This document shows, in pieces, positions 20,774 to 30,226 of a DNA stretch of 64,000 nt. Position 1 is the first letter of the stretch. Each line of letters begins with the position of its first letter. The translations under genes were made by a program, and so were the position numbers. The notes under the pieces were generated by a model that saw only the letters and a program-made list of their open reading frames with translations, did no database searches and was not told the origin of the DNA. The stretch spans positions 19,054 to 83,053 of the forward strand of contig JBFMHC010000015.1 in the NCBI GenBank assembly GCA_040751755.1. The letters run 5' to 3'. The stretch is from Pseudomonadota bacterium. GTDB taxonomy: Bacteria; Pseudomonadota; Gammaproteobacteria; Burkholderiales; Thiobacillaceae.

Positions 20774-21087
20774 GCAATACCTTTCCTTCAGGCGTCCCGT
20801 GACGGGAAACGCCGACCCAGCGCCCAATCGGTGGGCGCAAACAATGAAGCGCGCTGGGAGGGACTCCGGGGCGTCGCTCGCGAAACATCGGCGCCAACCG
20901 AATATCGCGATACCGGAACTGCTGGATCAGGAGAGGTCGGGGACGATGGGGCTGTGAAAACAGTCCCGTGGGCTTATGAATCCGGCGTTGAAAAAACCGG
21001 GGAAGCCGACCACTGCGTTGCACAACTGGCGCGCATTGTAGCGGAAGCCGCTTATAAGCGTTTGATTATTTTCGCCAAGCTTTCGTA

Positions 21088-22116
21088 CTACGGCGCCCGC
21101 TCGATGAGCATGGCGTCGCCATAGCTGAAGAAGCGGTAGCGCGAGGCCACGGCATGGGCGTAGGCGCGGCGCAGCAGCTCCGTACCGCCGAAGGCGGAGA
21201 CCAGCATGAGCAGGGTGGAGCGGGGCAGGTGGAAGTTGGTGATCAGGCGCTCCACCACGCGGAAGCGGTAGCCGGGGGTGATGAAGATGTCGGTCTCCGC
21301 CTCGCCCGCGCGCAGCTCGCCGGCCTGCGCCGCCGATTCGAGAGCGCGCAGCGAGGTGGTGCCGACCGCGCAGACGCGCCCGCCGCGCGCGCGCGCCGCC
21401 GCCACCGCCGCGACCGTGGCTTCCGGTATGGCGTAGCGCTCGGTGTGCATCTTGTGCTCGGCCACGTGCTCCACGCGCACCGGCAGGAAGGTGCCGGCGC
21501 CCACGTGCAGGGTGACGAAGGCGGTGGCCACGCCCATCGCCGCCAGGTGATCGAGCATCGCCTGGTCGAAGTGCAGGCCGGCGGTGGGCGCGGCGACGGC
21601 GCCCGGGTCGCGCGCATAGACGGTCTGGTAGCGCGCGTCGTCGTCGGCCTCCGCGCCCCTGTCCATATAGGGCGGCAGAGGCACCTCGCCGCAGCGCTCC
21701 AGCCACTCCAGGACGGTGTGCGCGGGGTCGAAGGCGACGCGGAACAGGTCGTCCTCGCGGCCCAGCACCAGGGCGTCCAGGCAGCCTGCGAAGCGCACCA
21801 CCGAGCCCGCCTTGGGCGACTTGCTGGCGCGCATGAACAGCAGCGCCTCGCGCTCCGACAGCACCCGCTCAACCAGGGCCTCGACCTTGCCGCCGCTGGC
21901 CTTCTCGCCGCGCAGGCGCGCCTTGATCACGCGCGTGTCGTTGAACACCAGCAGGTCGCCGGCGCGGAACAGGGAGGGCAGCTCGGCGAACAGACGGTCC
22001 TCGAACGCACCACGCGGCCCGTCGACGTGCAGCAGGCGGCTGGCCGTGCGCTCGGCCAGGGGGTAGCGGGCGATCAATTCGTCCGGCAGGGCGAAATCGA
22101 AGTCACTGGTCTTCAT
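21088..22116 (-). CDS. queA: S-adenosylmethionine:tRNA ribosyltransferase-isomerase
   Basis: 342 aa. [29 protein letters not shown] ... TAGLHF ... [12 protein letters not shown] ... [11 protein letters not shown] ... [17 protein letters not shown]. Confidence 0.95.
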   Translation of the reverse strand: MKTSDFDFALPDELIARYPLAERTASRLLHVDGPRGAFEDRLFAELPSLFRAGDLLVFNDTRVIKARLRGEKASGGKVEALVERVLSEREALLFMRASKSPKAGSVVRFAGCLDALVLGREDDLFRVAFDPAHTVLEWLERCGEVPLPPYMDRGAEADDDARYQTVYARDPGAVAAPTAGLHFDQAMLDHLAAMGVATAFVTLHVGAGTFLPVRVEHVAEHKMHTERYAIPEATVAAVAAARARGGRVCAVGTTSLRALESAAQAGELRAGEAETDIFITPGYRFRVVERLITNFHLPRSTLLMLVSAFGGTELLRRAYAHAVASRYRFFSYGDAMLIERAP

Positions 22117-22128
22117 GGGGGCGCGATA

Positions 22129-22158
22129 TTGCCCGGATTTCGCTTATTCCGCGATAAT
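22129..22158 (+). promoter_or_regulatory. candidate sigma70 promoter for tRNA-Leu
   Basis: TTGCCC, then 18 nt, then GATAAT, followed by a GC-rich discriminator (GCGCGACCGCG). It lies 14 nt before the tRNA 5' end. Confidence 0.45.
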
Positions 22159-22172
22159 GCGCGACCGCGTTT

Positions 22173-22259
22173 GCCCGGGTGGCGGAATCGGTAGACGCAG
22201 TGGATTCAAAATCCACCGCCAGAGATGGCGTGCCGGTTCGAGTCCGGCCCCGGGCACCA
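22173..22259 (+). tRNA. tRNA-Leu (anticodon CAA)
   Basis: Acceptor GCCCGGG/CCCGGGC, anticodon arm GTGGA-TTCAAAA-TCCAC, long variable arm, T-arm GCCGG-TTCGAGT-CCGGC, encoded CCA. Confidence 0.95.
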
Positions 22260-22289
22260 GCACATCCACCCCCTCAGGCATGGCCGATC

Positions 22290-23000
22290 ATGTCCTTCGT
22301 CCTTGAATCCCTCCGCCGCGCGGCGGGCGATCTGTTCATGCCGCGCATCCTCGCCGTCGTATTCCTGCCGATGCTCGCGGCCCTGCTGCTCTGGGGGGCC
22401 CTCGCATGGGGGTTCGGCGCGTCCTGGCTCGCGCACATGCAGGGCCTCCTCGGCGAGGTGCCGTGGCCCGACTGGATGCTCGGCGTCGCCGGCGTGGCCG
22501 CCTATGCCCTGCTGGCCCTCCTGCTGATTCCGGCGATCTACGTCACCGCCCTGTTCATCACCGCCCTGGTGTTCATGCCCCTGCTGGTCGAGGTGGTGAG
22601 CGGCAAGCACCACCCCGCGCTGGCGCGCATGCACGGCGGCAGCCTGATCGGCAGCGTCGCCAACGGCGCGTACGCCCTCGCCTTGTATCTGCTGCTGTGG
22701 CTGCTGACCCTGCCGTTCTGGCTGCTGGGGCCGTTCGGCGCGGCGCTCCCGGTCCTGCTCAACGCCTGGCTGAACCAGCGCCTGTTCCTCTACGACGCCC
22801 TCGCGGAGCACGCCTCGGCCGAGGAATTGCGACACCTGCGGCGCGAGGGCGGCTGGCCCCTGTACCTGCTCGCGGCCCTCCTGGGCCTGCTGCATTTCGT
22901 GCCGCTGCTCAACCTGCTCGCCCCCGTTTACATGGGCCTCGCCTTCACCCACTATGGCCTCGCCAGGCTGGCTCAATACCGTGAAGGGGGCACTGCATGA
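22290..23000 (+). CDS. EI24/CysZ-like family membrane protein
   Basis: ATG at 22290. 236 aa with about 5 helices. The motifs LNAWLNQRLFLYDALAEHAS and HFVPLLNLLAPVYMGLAFTHY resemble EI24-domain proteins. The upstream part of the track ORF overlaps the tRNA. Confidence 0.6.
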   Translation: MSFVLESLRRAAGDLFMPRILAVVFLPMLAALLLWGALAWGFGASWLAHMQGLLGEVPWPDWMLGVAGVAAYALLALLLIPAIYVTALFITALVFMPLLVEVVSGKHHPALARMHGGSLIGSVANGAYALALYLLLWLLTLPFWLLGPFGAALPVLLNAWLNQRLFLYDALAEHASAEELRHLRREGGWPLYLLAALLGLLHFVPLLNLLAPVYMGLAFTHYGLARLAQYREGGTA

Positions 23001-23377
23001 TCCACGGCATCGGCACGGACATCGTCTCGGTGCGGCGCATCGACGAGCTGCACGCGCGCTTCGGCGGCAAGCTGGCCGAGCGCATCCTGGCGCCGGAGGA
23101 ACAGGAGGAGTACGCGCGGGCAGGCGACCGCAACACCTTCCTCGCCAAGCGCTTCGCCGCCAAGGAGGCGTTCGCCAAGGCGGCGGGCACGGGCATGCGC
23201 TCGCCCGTGCACTTCCCCGCCATCCGCGTCACCCACGACCCGCTCGGCCGCCCCGGCATCGCCTGCGCGGCGGAGCTCGCCGCCTGGCTGGCCGGGCGCG
23301 GCATCGGCGCCGCGCACCTGAGCCTGAGCGACGAGCGCGACTACGCCGTCGCCTTCGTCATATTGGAGAAAGCATGA
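22997..23377 (+). CDS. acpS: holo-[acyl-carrier-protein] synthase
   Basis: MIHGIGTDIVSVRRI...RFAAKEAFAKA..., 126 aa. This is the canonical AcpS. Confidence 0.95.
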   Translation: MIHGIGTDIVSVRRIDELHARFGGKLAERILAPEEQEEYARAGDRNTFLAKRFAAKEAFAKAAGTGMRSPVHFPAIRVTHDPLGRPGIACAAELAAWLAGRGIGAAHLSLSDERDYAVAFVILEKA

Positions 23378-24489
23378 CCGCTGCACCGCACGCCCTTCCC
23401 GTCGCCGCGCACCTGCCGCTGGGCCCGGTGATGGCCGACGTCGCCGGCCTCGAGCTGACGCAGGAGGAACGCGAGCGCCTGCTGCACCCGTCGGTGGGCG
23501 GCGTGATCCTGTTCAAGCGCAACTACGACAACCCGGCGCAGCTTGCCGCCCTGTGCCGCGAGATCCATGCCCTGCGCAGCCCGCACCTGCTGATCGCGGT
23601 GGACCACGAGGGCGGGCGGGTGCAGCGCTTCCGCGAGGGCTTCACACCGATCCCGCCGATGCGCGCGATCGGCGAGGTCTGGGACGACCACCCGCAGCGC
23701 GCGCGCCGCCTGGCGCGCGACGCCGGCTACGTGATCGGCGCCGAGTTGCGCGCCGCGGGCGTGGACTTCAGCTTCGCGCCGGTGCTGGACCTCGACTACG
23801 GCAGCAGCGGCGTGATCGGCAACCGCGCCTTCCACCGCAACGCCCAGGCGGTGGGGGAACTGGCGCACGCCCTGGTGCTGGGCCTGCACGAGGCGGGCAT
23901 GAGCGCGGTGGGCAAGCACTTCCCCGGCCACGGCTTCGTCGCCGCCGATTCGCACCTGGCGGTGCCGGTGGACGAGCGCGGCCTGGCCGACATGGAGTTC
24001 TCCGACCTGCTGCCGTTCCGCCAGCTGATCGACCTGGGCCTGGCCGGCATCATGCCCGCGCACGTCATCTACCCGCGGGTGGACGACAAGCCGGCGGGCT
24101 TCTCGCACCGCTGGCTGACCGAGATCCTGCGCGGCGAGTACGGCTTCGAGGGGGTGATCTTCAGCGACGACCTGACCATGGAGGGCGCGAGCGTGGCCGG
24201 CGGCATCACCGAACGCGCCATCGCCGCCCTGCAGGCCGGCTGCGACATGGTGCTGGTGTGCAACCGCCCGGACCTCGCGGACACCCTGCTGGCGCGCCTG
24301 CACTGGCCGCTGCCGCCGACCTCGCTGATCCGCCTGGCGCGCATGCACGGCCGCCCGCACCCGCCGAAGCGCACCGCCCTGCTGGAGAGCCCGCGCTTCG
24401 CCGCCGCGCTGCGCCACCTCGGCGGCCTCGGCGAGACCAGCGCTGAGCTCGCCCTCAACGACCCCACCAACACCTGCGGGAAGCAGTGA
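23374..24489 (+). CDS. nagZ: beta-N-acetylhexosaminidase (peptidoglycan recycling)
   Basis: The ATG at 23374 overlaps the acpS stop (ATGA). GH3 motifs are present: GGVILFKRN, IAVDHEGGRVQRF, KHFPGHG, IFSDDLTM. Confidence 0.9.
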   Translation: MTAAPHALPVAAHLPLGPVMADVAGLELTQEERERLLHPSVGGVILFKRNYDNPAQLAALCREIHALRSPHLLIAVDHEGGRVQRFREGFTPIPPMRAIGEVWDDHPQRARRLARDAGYVIGAELRAAGVDFSFAPVLDLDYGSSGVIGNRAFHRNAQAVGELAHALVLGLHEAGMSAVGKHFPGHGFVAADSHLAVPVDERGLADMEFSDLLPFRQLIDLGLAGIMPAHVIYPRVDDKPAGFSHRWLTEILRGEYGFEGVIFSDDLTMEGASVAGGITERAIAALQAGCDMVLVCNRPDLADTLLARLHWPLPPTSLIRLARMHGRPHPPKRTALLESPRFAAALRHLGGLGETSAELALNDPTNTCGKQ

Positions 24490-25379
24490 TGTCCCTCTCC
24501 GTCGATCGCGGCACCACCCACGTACAGCACCACGTCGGCCACGACCATGGCGGCTCCGCCCTGGTCAAGGCCCTGTTCTTCACCCTCGGCTTCGCCGTCA
24601 TCGAGGCCGTGGCCGGCGTCTGGTCCGGCTCGCTCGCCCTGCTCTCCGACGCCGGACACATGGTCACCGACAGCATGGCCCTCGGGCTCGCCGCCCTCGC
24701 CGCCTGGCTGGCGCGCCGGCCGCCGTCGAACCGCCTCACCTACGGCCTGGTGCGCCTGGAGATTCTCGCGGCCCTGGTCAACAGCCTCGCCATGCTGGGC
24801 CTGATCACCTTCATCGTCGTCGAGGCCGTCGAGCGCCTGAGCCAGCCGCAGCCGGTGATGGGCGGCACGGTCATGGTGGTCGCCCTGATCGGCCTCCTGG
24901 TCAACCTCGCCGTGGCCTGGCTGCTGCACCACGGCGGCGACAGCCTCAACACCCGCGCCGCCTTCATGCACGTGCTGGGCGACCTGCTCGGCTCCATCGC
25001 CGCCCTGGTGGCGGGCGCGGTGATCTGGTTCACCGGCTACACCCCCATCGACCCCATCCTCTCCATGGTGGTGGCGGTCCTGATCCTGGTCTCCGCCAGC
25101 CGCCTGCTGTGGGAGAGCCTGCACGTGCTGATGGAAGGCGTGCCGCCGCATATCCAGCTGGAGGCGGTGGCGCAGGACATGGCCGAGGTGCCTGGCGTGT
25201 ATGTGGTGCACGATCTGCACGTCTGGACCCTGTCGTCCGGGCAGATCGCACTCTCCGCGCACCTGGAGCTCAACTCCTTCGACGACTGGGACCGCATCCT
25301 GCGCGCCACGCGCCAGCGCCTCGACGAGCGCCACGGCATCCGCCACGTCACCCTGCAACCCGAACTGAGACACCCATGA
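24486..25379 (+). CDS. cation diffusion facilitator (Zn/Co/Cd efflux) transporter
   Basis: His-rich N-terminus, then SLALLSDAGHMVTDS and HVLGDLLGS, which is the CDF signature. The start (GTG 24486 or ATG 24489) overlaps the nagZ stop. Confidence 0.9.
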   Translation: MMSLSVDRGTTHVQHHVGHDHGGSALVKALFFTLGFAVIEAVAGVWSGSLALLSDAGHMVTDSMALGLAALAAWLARRPPSNRLTYGLVRLEILAALVNSLAMLGLITFIVVEAVERLSQPQPVMGGTVMVVALIGLLVNLAVAWLLHHGGDSLNTRAAFMHVLGDLLGSIAALVAGAVIWFTGYTPIDPILSMVVAVLILVSASRLLWESLHVLMEGVPPHIQLEAVAQDMAEVPGVYVVHDLHVWTLSSGQIALSAHLELNSFDDWDRILRATRQRLDERHGIRHVTLQPELRHP

Positions 25380-26542
25380 ACCGCCGCCGCCCCCACGCCC
25401 GCCACCGACTCTCCCGCGACGCCGAGCGCCTGATCTGGCTCGCGCGCGGCCTCGCCGATTCCGGCAGCCGCCAGGAAGACGCCTACTGGGAGACCGAGCT
25501 GAACGGCCTGATCGCCAAGCTGCTGCAGGCCGACGACGACGACGCCCTCAACCTCGCGCTCGACCGCCTCAACGAGGCCACGCCGCCCACCCGCGCCTAC
25601 GAGGAACTCGCCGACCTGATCGAGGCCGCCTGCGAGGGCAGCCAGGCCGGCGACACCGCGCGCCTGTTCATCGCCCTGCCGGTGCTGGCATGGTCGCGCT
25701 ACGCCATCCCCACGCGCGCCATCCCCGCCGCCACCCTCGACGCCCTGCGCGCGCAGCTCGGCGCGCACGTCCTGGCGGACGGCGCGCGCGTGCACTTCGC
25801 CGACTACCTGTTCAGCCCCGACCAGCTGCCGCAGGGCTACGCCGCCACGCGCCAGCTCGCCGCCGAGCTGTGGCAGGCCGCCGCCGCCGGACGCGATCTC
25901 AAGGTGCCGGCCGCGCACTTGCCCGAGAGCCAGACCTTCGTCTCCGACGTGCGCTACCTGCTCGGCGTGGTGCAGGCCCCGGCCGGTGCGCCGCTGTTCC
26001 GCTGGAACGAGGTGGACGGCAGCCGCGAACAGGCCCTCGCCGCCTGGCGCGAGCAGGGCGGCGCCAACCTGCAGAAGCTGCTCACCGGCTGCGCCTACGA
26101 GCTGCTGCTGCCCGACGCCTACTTCGCCGCCTGGCGCCACGCCGACCAGGAGACCCGGCCGTTCTCGCTCAAGGCGGCGGTGGCCTACCTGCACACCCTG
26201 TTCGGCGTGCCGGTGTCGCACCTGCGCGCCGCCGCCGCACCCTATTACGACCGCGGCCTCGTCGAGTGGCGCATCGGCTTCAGCGTGCACGGCTCCGACC
26301 AGGTGGTGCACGGCGTCACCTGGCCGCTGCTCGGCCAGGACGACGAGTCCACGGACATCGCCGGGCAGATCGAGGCCATCCTCAAGGAGGCCGGCATGAG
26401 CGAGGTGACGTTCCTGGACACGCGCATGCCGCTGGAATATTGCGACGACTGCGGCGCCCCCCTGTTCCCCAGCAAGGAAGCGGAAAACGTGCACGCAGAG
26501 CTGCCGGAGGACATGCAGGAAGCCCCCGCGCACCTGCACTGA
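25376..26542 (+). CDS. DUF2863 family protein
   Basis: The ATG at 25376 overlaps the CDF stop. 388 aa (LSRDAERLIWLARGLADSGSRQEDAYWE... ending with the CDDCG motif). The family assignment is from memory. Confidence 0.6.
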   Translation: MNRRRPHARHRLSRDAERLIWLARGLADSGSRQEDAYWETELNGLIAKLLQADDDDALNLALDRLNEATPPTRAYEELADLIEAACEGSQAGDTARLFIALPVLAWSRYAIPTRAIPAATLDALRAQLGAHVLADGARVHFADYLFSPDQLPQGYAATRQLAAELWQAAAAGRDLKVPAAHLPESQTFVSDVRYLLGVVQAPAGAPLFRWNEVDGSREQALAAWREQGGANLQKLLTGCAYELLLPDAYFAAWRHADQETRPFSLKAAVAYLHTLFGVPVSHLRAAAAPYYDRGLVEWRIGFSVHGSDQVVHGVTWPLLGQDDESTDIAGQIEAILKEAGMSEVTFLDTRMPLEYCDDCGAPLFPSKEAENVHAELPEDMQEAPAHLH

Positions 26543-26547
26543 CGCGC

Positions 26548-27276
26548 ATGTCCCTGACCGACTGCACCGACTGCCCGCGCCTCGCCGCCTTCCTCGCCGA
26601 GGCGCGCGCCGCGCGGCCCGACTACTTCTGCCGCCCGGTGCCGGCCTTCGGCGACGCCGCGCCGCGCCTGCTGATCGTCGGCCTGGCGCCCGGCTTCCAC
26701 GGCGCCAACCGCAGCGGCCGGCCGTTCACCGGCGACTACGCGGGCGTGCTGCTGTACGAGACCCTGCACGCCTTCGGCTATGCCAGCCGGCCGGTCTCCA
26801 GCAGCGCCGACGACGGCCTGGAACTCATCGGCTGCCGCATCACCAACGCGGTGAAGTGCGTGCCGCCGGAGAATAAGCCGGAGACCGGCGAGATCCGCCA
26901 GTGCAACGGCTACCTCAAATCGGAATTGCAGGCCCTGCCCGCCGACGCGGCCATCCTCGCCCTCGGCCAGATCGCCCACAAGGCGGTGCTGATGGCCCTG
27001 GGGCTGAAGCAGGGCGCCTACGTCTTCGGCCACGGCGCGGCACACCTGCTCCCTCTCCCACCGGGAGAGGGCCGGGGTGAGGGAACAACGCCTGATCGCG
27101 CGGAACCGCAAAGACAACCGCGGCTCCCTCACCCCCAGCCCCTCCCCCGGGGGGGGAGGGGAGCAGGTATACGCCTGTACGACAGCTACCACTGCTCGCG
27201 CTACAACACCCAGACCAGGCGCCTCACGCCGGAGATGTTCCGCGCCGTCTTTCAACGCATCCGAGAGGAAAACTAG
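26548..27276 (+). CDS. uracil-DNA glycosylase superfamily protein (family 4/5-like) carrying a repeat-encoded insert
   Basis: Motif A is LLIVGLAPGFHGANRSGRPFTGD and motif B is DSYHCSRYNTQTRRLT. About 40 extra codons between FGHGAAH and GIRLYDSYH are encoded by the repeat at 27049-27164. Confidence 0.8.
   Translation: MSLTDCTDCPRLAAFLAEARAARPDYFCRPVPAFGDAAPRLLIVGLAPGFHGANRSGRPFTGDYAGVLLYETLHAFGYASRPVSSSADDGLELIGCRITNAVKCVPPENKPETGEIRQCNGYLKSELQALPADAAILALGQIAHKAVLMALGLKQGAYVFGHGAAHLLPLPPGEGRGEGTTPDRAEPQRQPRLPHPQPLPRGGRGAGIRLYDSYHCSRYNTQTRRLTPEMFRAVFQRIREEN
27049..27164. repeat. inverted doublet of the GC-hairpin + GGGTGAGGG repeat (MITE/REP-doublet-like)
   Basis: Left half: CCCTCTCCC-ACC-GGGAGAGGG (27051-27071) plus GGGGTGAGGGA (27074-27084). 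A spacer of about 40 nt follows. Right half: TCCCTCACCCC (27125-27135) plus CCCCTCCCCC-GGG-GGGGGAGGGG (27139-27161). Confidence 0.8.
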
Positions 27277-27465
27277 ATGCCCGTCATCACCATCAAGCTC
27301 GCCGGCAGCCTGACGCGCGACCAGAAGAAGAAGATCGCCGAGGAGATCACCGAGACCATGGAGCGCCACGCCCTCAAGCCGCGGCGCTACACCTATATCG
27401 CCTTCGAGGAGCTGCCGGACGAGAACTGGGCGATCGCCGGCCAGCTGCTGGACGAGGAAGACTGA
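27277..27465 (+). CDS. 4-oxalocrotonate tautomerase family enzyme
   Basis: 62 aa, MPVITIKLAG...; Pro-1 follows the Met and the beta-alpha-beta size is right. The start abuts the UDG stop (TAGATG). Confidence 0.85.
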   Translation: MPVITIKLAGSLTRDQKKKIAEEITETMERHALKPRRYTYIAFEELPDENWAIAGQLLDEED

Positions 27466-27477
27466 CGCACTGAACAC

Positions 27478-29283
27478 GTGGCCGAAGCCGCCTTCGACGC
27501 CAAGGCCTTCCTGGCCACCCTGCCCGGCCTTCCCGGGGTCTACCGCATGCTCGGCGAGGGCGGCGCGGTGCTCTACGTGGGCAAGGCCAAGGACCTGAAG
27601 AAGCGGGTCTCCAGCTACTTCCAGAAGACCGACCTCTCGCCGCGCATCCGCCACATGGTGGCGCGCATCCAGGACATCCAGATCACCGTCACCCGCACCG
27701 AGGCCGAGGCCCTGCTGCTGGAGAACAACCTGATCAAGGGCCTGGCGCCCAAGTACAACATCCTGTTCCGGGACGACAAGTCCTACCCCTACCTGCTGCT
27801 CTCGGGCCACGAATACCCAAGACTTGGCTTCTTCCGCGGCACGCCGGACAAGCGCCACCGCGTGTTCGGCCCCTTCCCCAACTCGCTGGCGGTGCGCGAG
27901 AGCATCCAGATCCTGCAGAAGGTGTTCCGCCTGCGCACCTGCGAGGACACGGTGTTCAGCAACCGCTCCCGCCCCTGCCTGCTGCACCAGATCAAGCGCT
28001 GCAGCGGACCCTGCGTGGGCCTGGTGAGCGCCGGGGACTACGCGCGCGACGTCGAGGACGCGCTCCTGTTCCTGCAGGGCAAGGACAGCGAGGTGATCGA
28101 TGCGCTCACCGCGCGCATGAACGCCGCCGCCGAGGCGTGGCAGTTCGAGGCGGCGGCCTTCTGGCGCGACCAGATCAACGCCCTGGCCAAGGTGCGCGCG
28201 CAGCAGTTCGTGGAGAGCCGCTCCGCGCAGGACGCGGACATCGTCGCCGCCGTCCTGGCGGGCGGCGTTGCCTGCGTCTACCTGGTGATGGTGCGCGGCG
28301 GGCGCAACCTGGGCGGGCGCGCCTTCTTCCCCGCCCATGCCGAGGGCGCGGACGCCGCCAGCCTGCTCGAGGCCTTCGCCGGCCAGCACTACGAGGGCCG
28401 CCCCATTCCCGCCACGCTGATCCTCAACGAGGAGGTGGAGGGCCTCGCGGACTGGCTCTCGGAACAGGCGGAGCGGCGCGTGCAGGTCGTCACCCGGCCG
28501 CAGGGCGAGCGCCGCGTCTGGCTGGAGATGGCGGAGAAGAACGCGCAACTGGCCCTGGCCACGCGCGAGGGCCAGCGCGAGAACCAGAACGCGCGCCTGG
28601 CCGCCCTCAACGAGGCCCTGGGCGAGGAAGGAGGCATCGCCCGCATCGAGTGCTTCGACGTCAGCCACACCATGGGCGAGGCGACGGTGGTGTCGTGCGT
28701 GGTGTTCGACCAGGGCGCCATGCAGTCGGGCGAATACCGGCGCTACAACGTTTCGGGCATCACCCCCGGCGACGACTACGCCGCCATGCGCGACGCCCTC
28801 TCGCGCCGCTACGGCAAGCTCGCCGCCGGCGAGGGCAGGCTGCCCGACCTGCTGCTGATCGACGGCGGCAAGGGGCAGTTGCACATGGCCGTCGACGTGC
28901 TGTCGGAACTGGGGCTGGGCAACCTGCCCATGGTCGGCGTGGCCAAGGGCGTGGAACGCAAGCCCGGCATGGAACAGCTGTTCCTGCCCGGCGAGGTGGA
29001 GCCGCTGCGCCTGCCCGCCGACCACCCCGCCCTGCACCTGATCCAACAGGTGCGCGACGAGGCGCACCGCTTCGCCATCACCGGCCACCGCGCGCGCCGC
29101 GGCAAGGCACGCACCCAATCGAGCCTGGAGGACATCCCCGGCATCGGCGCGAAGCGGCGGCAGAAGCTGCTGCAGGCCTTCGGCGGCCTGCGCGGCGTGG
29201 TCGACGCGGGCGTGGAGGAATTGGCACAGGTGGAGGGGATCAGCCGCGATCTCGCCGAGCGCATCTATCGTGAGCTGCATTAA
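27478..29283 (+). CDS. uvrC: excinuclease ABC subunit C
   Basis: GIY-YIG domain ([29 protein letters not shown]), UVR domain, and the C-terminal (HhH)2 [19 protein letters not shown] start. Confidence 0.95.
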   Translation: MAEAAFDAKAFLATLPGLPGVYRMLGEGGAVLYVGKAKDLKKRVSSYFQKTDLSPRIRHMVARIQDIQITVTRTEAEALLLENNLIKGLAPKYNILFRDDKSYPYLLLSGHEYPRLGFFRGTPDKRHRVFGPFPNSLAVRESIQILQKVFRLRTCEDTVFSNRSRPCLLHQIKRCSGPCVGLVSAGDYARDVEDALLFLQGKDSEVIDALTARMNAAAEAWQFEAAAFWRDQINALAKVRAQQFVESRSAQDADIVAAVLAGGVACVYLVMVRGGRNLGGRAFFPAHAEGADAASLLEAFAGQHYEGRPIPATLILNEEVEGLADWLSEQAERRVQVVTRPQGERRVWLEMAEKNAQLALATREGQRENQNARLAALNEALGEEGGIARIECFDVSHTMGEATVVSCVVFDQGAMQSGEYRRYNVSGITPGDDYAAMRDALSRRYGKLAAGEGRLPDLLLIDGGKGQLHMAVDVLSELGLGNLPMVGVAKGVERKPGMEQLFLPGEVEPLRLPADHPALHLIQQVRDEAHRFAITGHRARRGKARTQSSLEDIPGIGAKRRQKLLQAFGGLRGVVDAGVEELAQVEGISRDLAERIYRELH

Positions 29284-29301
29284 GCCCATTAAGATCACGA
29301 C

Positions 29302-29883
29302 ATGCCCTTCAACCTGCCCAACACCCTGACCTGGCTGCGCATCGCCCTGATCCCGCTGTTCGTGGCGGTGTTCTACCTGCCCGACGGCTGGGTGCCCGCG
29401 CACGCCATCAACCTCACCGCCACCGCGCTGTTCCTGCTCGCCTCGGTGACGGACTGGCTGGACGGCTGGCTGGCGCGGCGCCTGAACCAGATGTCGGCGT
29501 TCGGCGCCTTCCTCGACCCGGTCGCCGACAAGCTCATGGTGGCAGCGGCCCTGATCGTGCTGGTGGACCTCAACCGCGCCAGCGTCGACGTCGCCCTCAT
29601 CATCATCGGCCGCGAGATCGCCATCACCGCGCTGCGCGAGTGGATGGCGCGCGTCGGCCAGGCCAAGGAGGTGGCGGTGGCCTTCATCGGCAAGCTCAAG
29701 ACCACCGCGCAGATGATCGCCATCACCCTGCTGCTCTACCACGACCCCATCCTCGGCTGGCCGCACACCTTCATCGTCGGCCGCTGGCTGCTCTACCTGG
29801 CCGCCGCGCTGACCCTTTGGTCGATGGCGCACTACCTGTTCATGGCCTGGAAGACCCTGAAAAACCAGCCCGCGGGGAGTTGA
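29302..29883 (+). CDS. pgsA: CDP-diacylglycerol--glycerol-3-phosphate 3-phosphatidyltransferase
   Basis: NLPNTLTWLRIALIP... DWLDGWLARRLNQMSAFGAFLDPVADK is the CDP-alcohol phosphatidyltransferase motif. The uvrC-pgsA-tRNA(Gly,Cys) synteny matches E. coli. Confidence 0.95.
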   Translation: MPFNLPNTLTWLRIALIPLFVAVFYLPDGWVPAHAINLTATALFLLASVTDWLDGWLARRLNQMSAFGAFLDPVADKLMVAAALIVLVDLNRASVDVALIIIGREIAITALREWMARVGQAKEVAVAFIGKLKTTAQMIAITLLLYHDPILGWPHTFIVGRWLLYLAAALTLWSMAHYLFMAWKTLKNQPAGS

Positions 29884-29908
29884 CATGCCCCGGGGGCATG
29901 GTCATAAT
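29880..29908 (+). promoter_or_regulatory. near-consensus sigma70 promoter for the tRNA-Gly/tRNA-Cys unit
   Basis: TTGACA (29880-29885, overlapping the pgsA stop), then 17 nt, then CATAAT (29903-29908). It lies 16 nt before tRNA-Gly. Confidence 0.6.
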
Positions 29909-29924
29909 GCGCCTCCACTTCGAC

Positions 29925-30000
29925 GCGGGAATAGCTCAGTTGGTAGAGCGCAACCTTGCCAAGGTTGAGGTCGCGAGTTCGAGCCTCGTTTCCCGCTCCA
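29925..30000 (+). tRNA. tRNA-Gly (anticodon GCC)
   Basis: GCGGGAATAGCTCAGTTGGTAGAGC..CAACC-TTGCCAA-GGTTG..GCGAGTTCGAGCCTCGTTTCCCGCTCCA. Confidence 0.95.
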
Positions 30001-30066
30001 GTCAAAAATGGGGAAAGCCAAAAGCTTTCCCCAAATGCTTTCAAGGCACCGGTTTCTAAGACGCAC

Positions 30067-30140
30067 GGCGCGTTAGCAAAGCGGTTATGCAGCGGATTGC
30101 AAATCCGTTTAGGTCGGTTCGACTCCGGCACGCGCCTCCA
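30067..30140 (+). tRNA. tRNA-Cys (anticodon GCA)
   Basis: GGCGCGTTAGCAAAGCGGTTATGC..GCGGA-TTGCAAA-TCCGT..GGTCGGTTCGACTCCGGCACGCGCCTCCA. Confidence 0.95.
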
Positions 30141-30154
30141 CCCCCCCATACCGA

Positions 30155-30186
30155 AAAGCCCGCGCTGACGCGGGCTTTTTCTTTTC
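30155..30186 (+). terminator. rho-independent terminator after the tRNA unit
   Basis: AAAAGCCCGCG-CTGA-CGCGGGCTTTTTCTTTT. Confidence 0.8.
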
Positions 30187-30196
30187 TCCGGCCGCT

Positions 30197-30226
30197 CTTG
30201 AAAACCCCTGTAGGCGCCCCTACCAT
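30197..30226 (+). promoter_or_regulatory. sigma32-type heat-shock promoter of groESL
   Basis: TCTCCGGCCGCTCTTGAAA (-35 CTTGAAA at 30197-30203), then 13 nt, then CCCCTACCAT (30217-30226). The consensus is CTTGAAA-N13/14-CCCCATNT. Confidence 0.6.

Noticed and set aside
26245-29886. A 1213-aa ORF on the minus strand, the longest in the track.
   Set aside because: It lies antisense to UDG, 4-OT, uvrC and pgsA, all of which have unmistakable family motifs on the plus strand. Its translation is Gly/Ala/Arg/His/Val-rich low complexity, typical of the antisense frame of high-GC genes.
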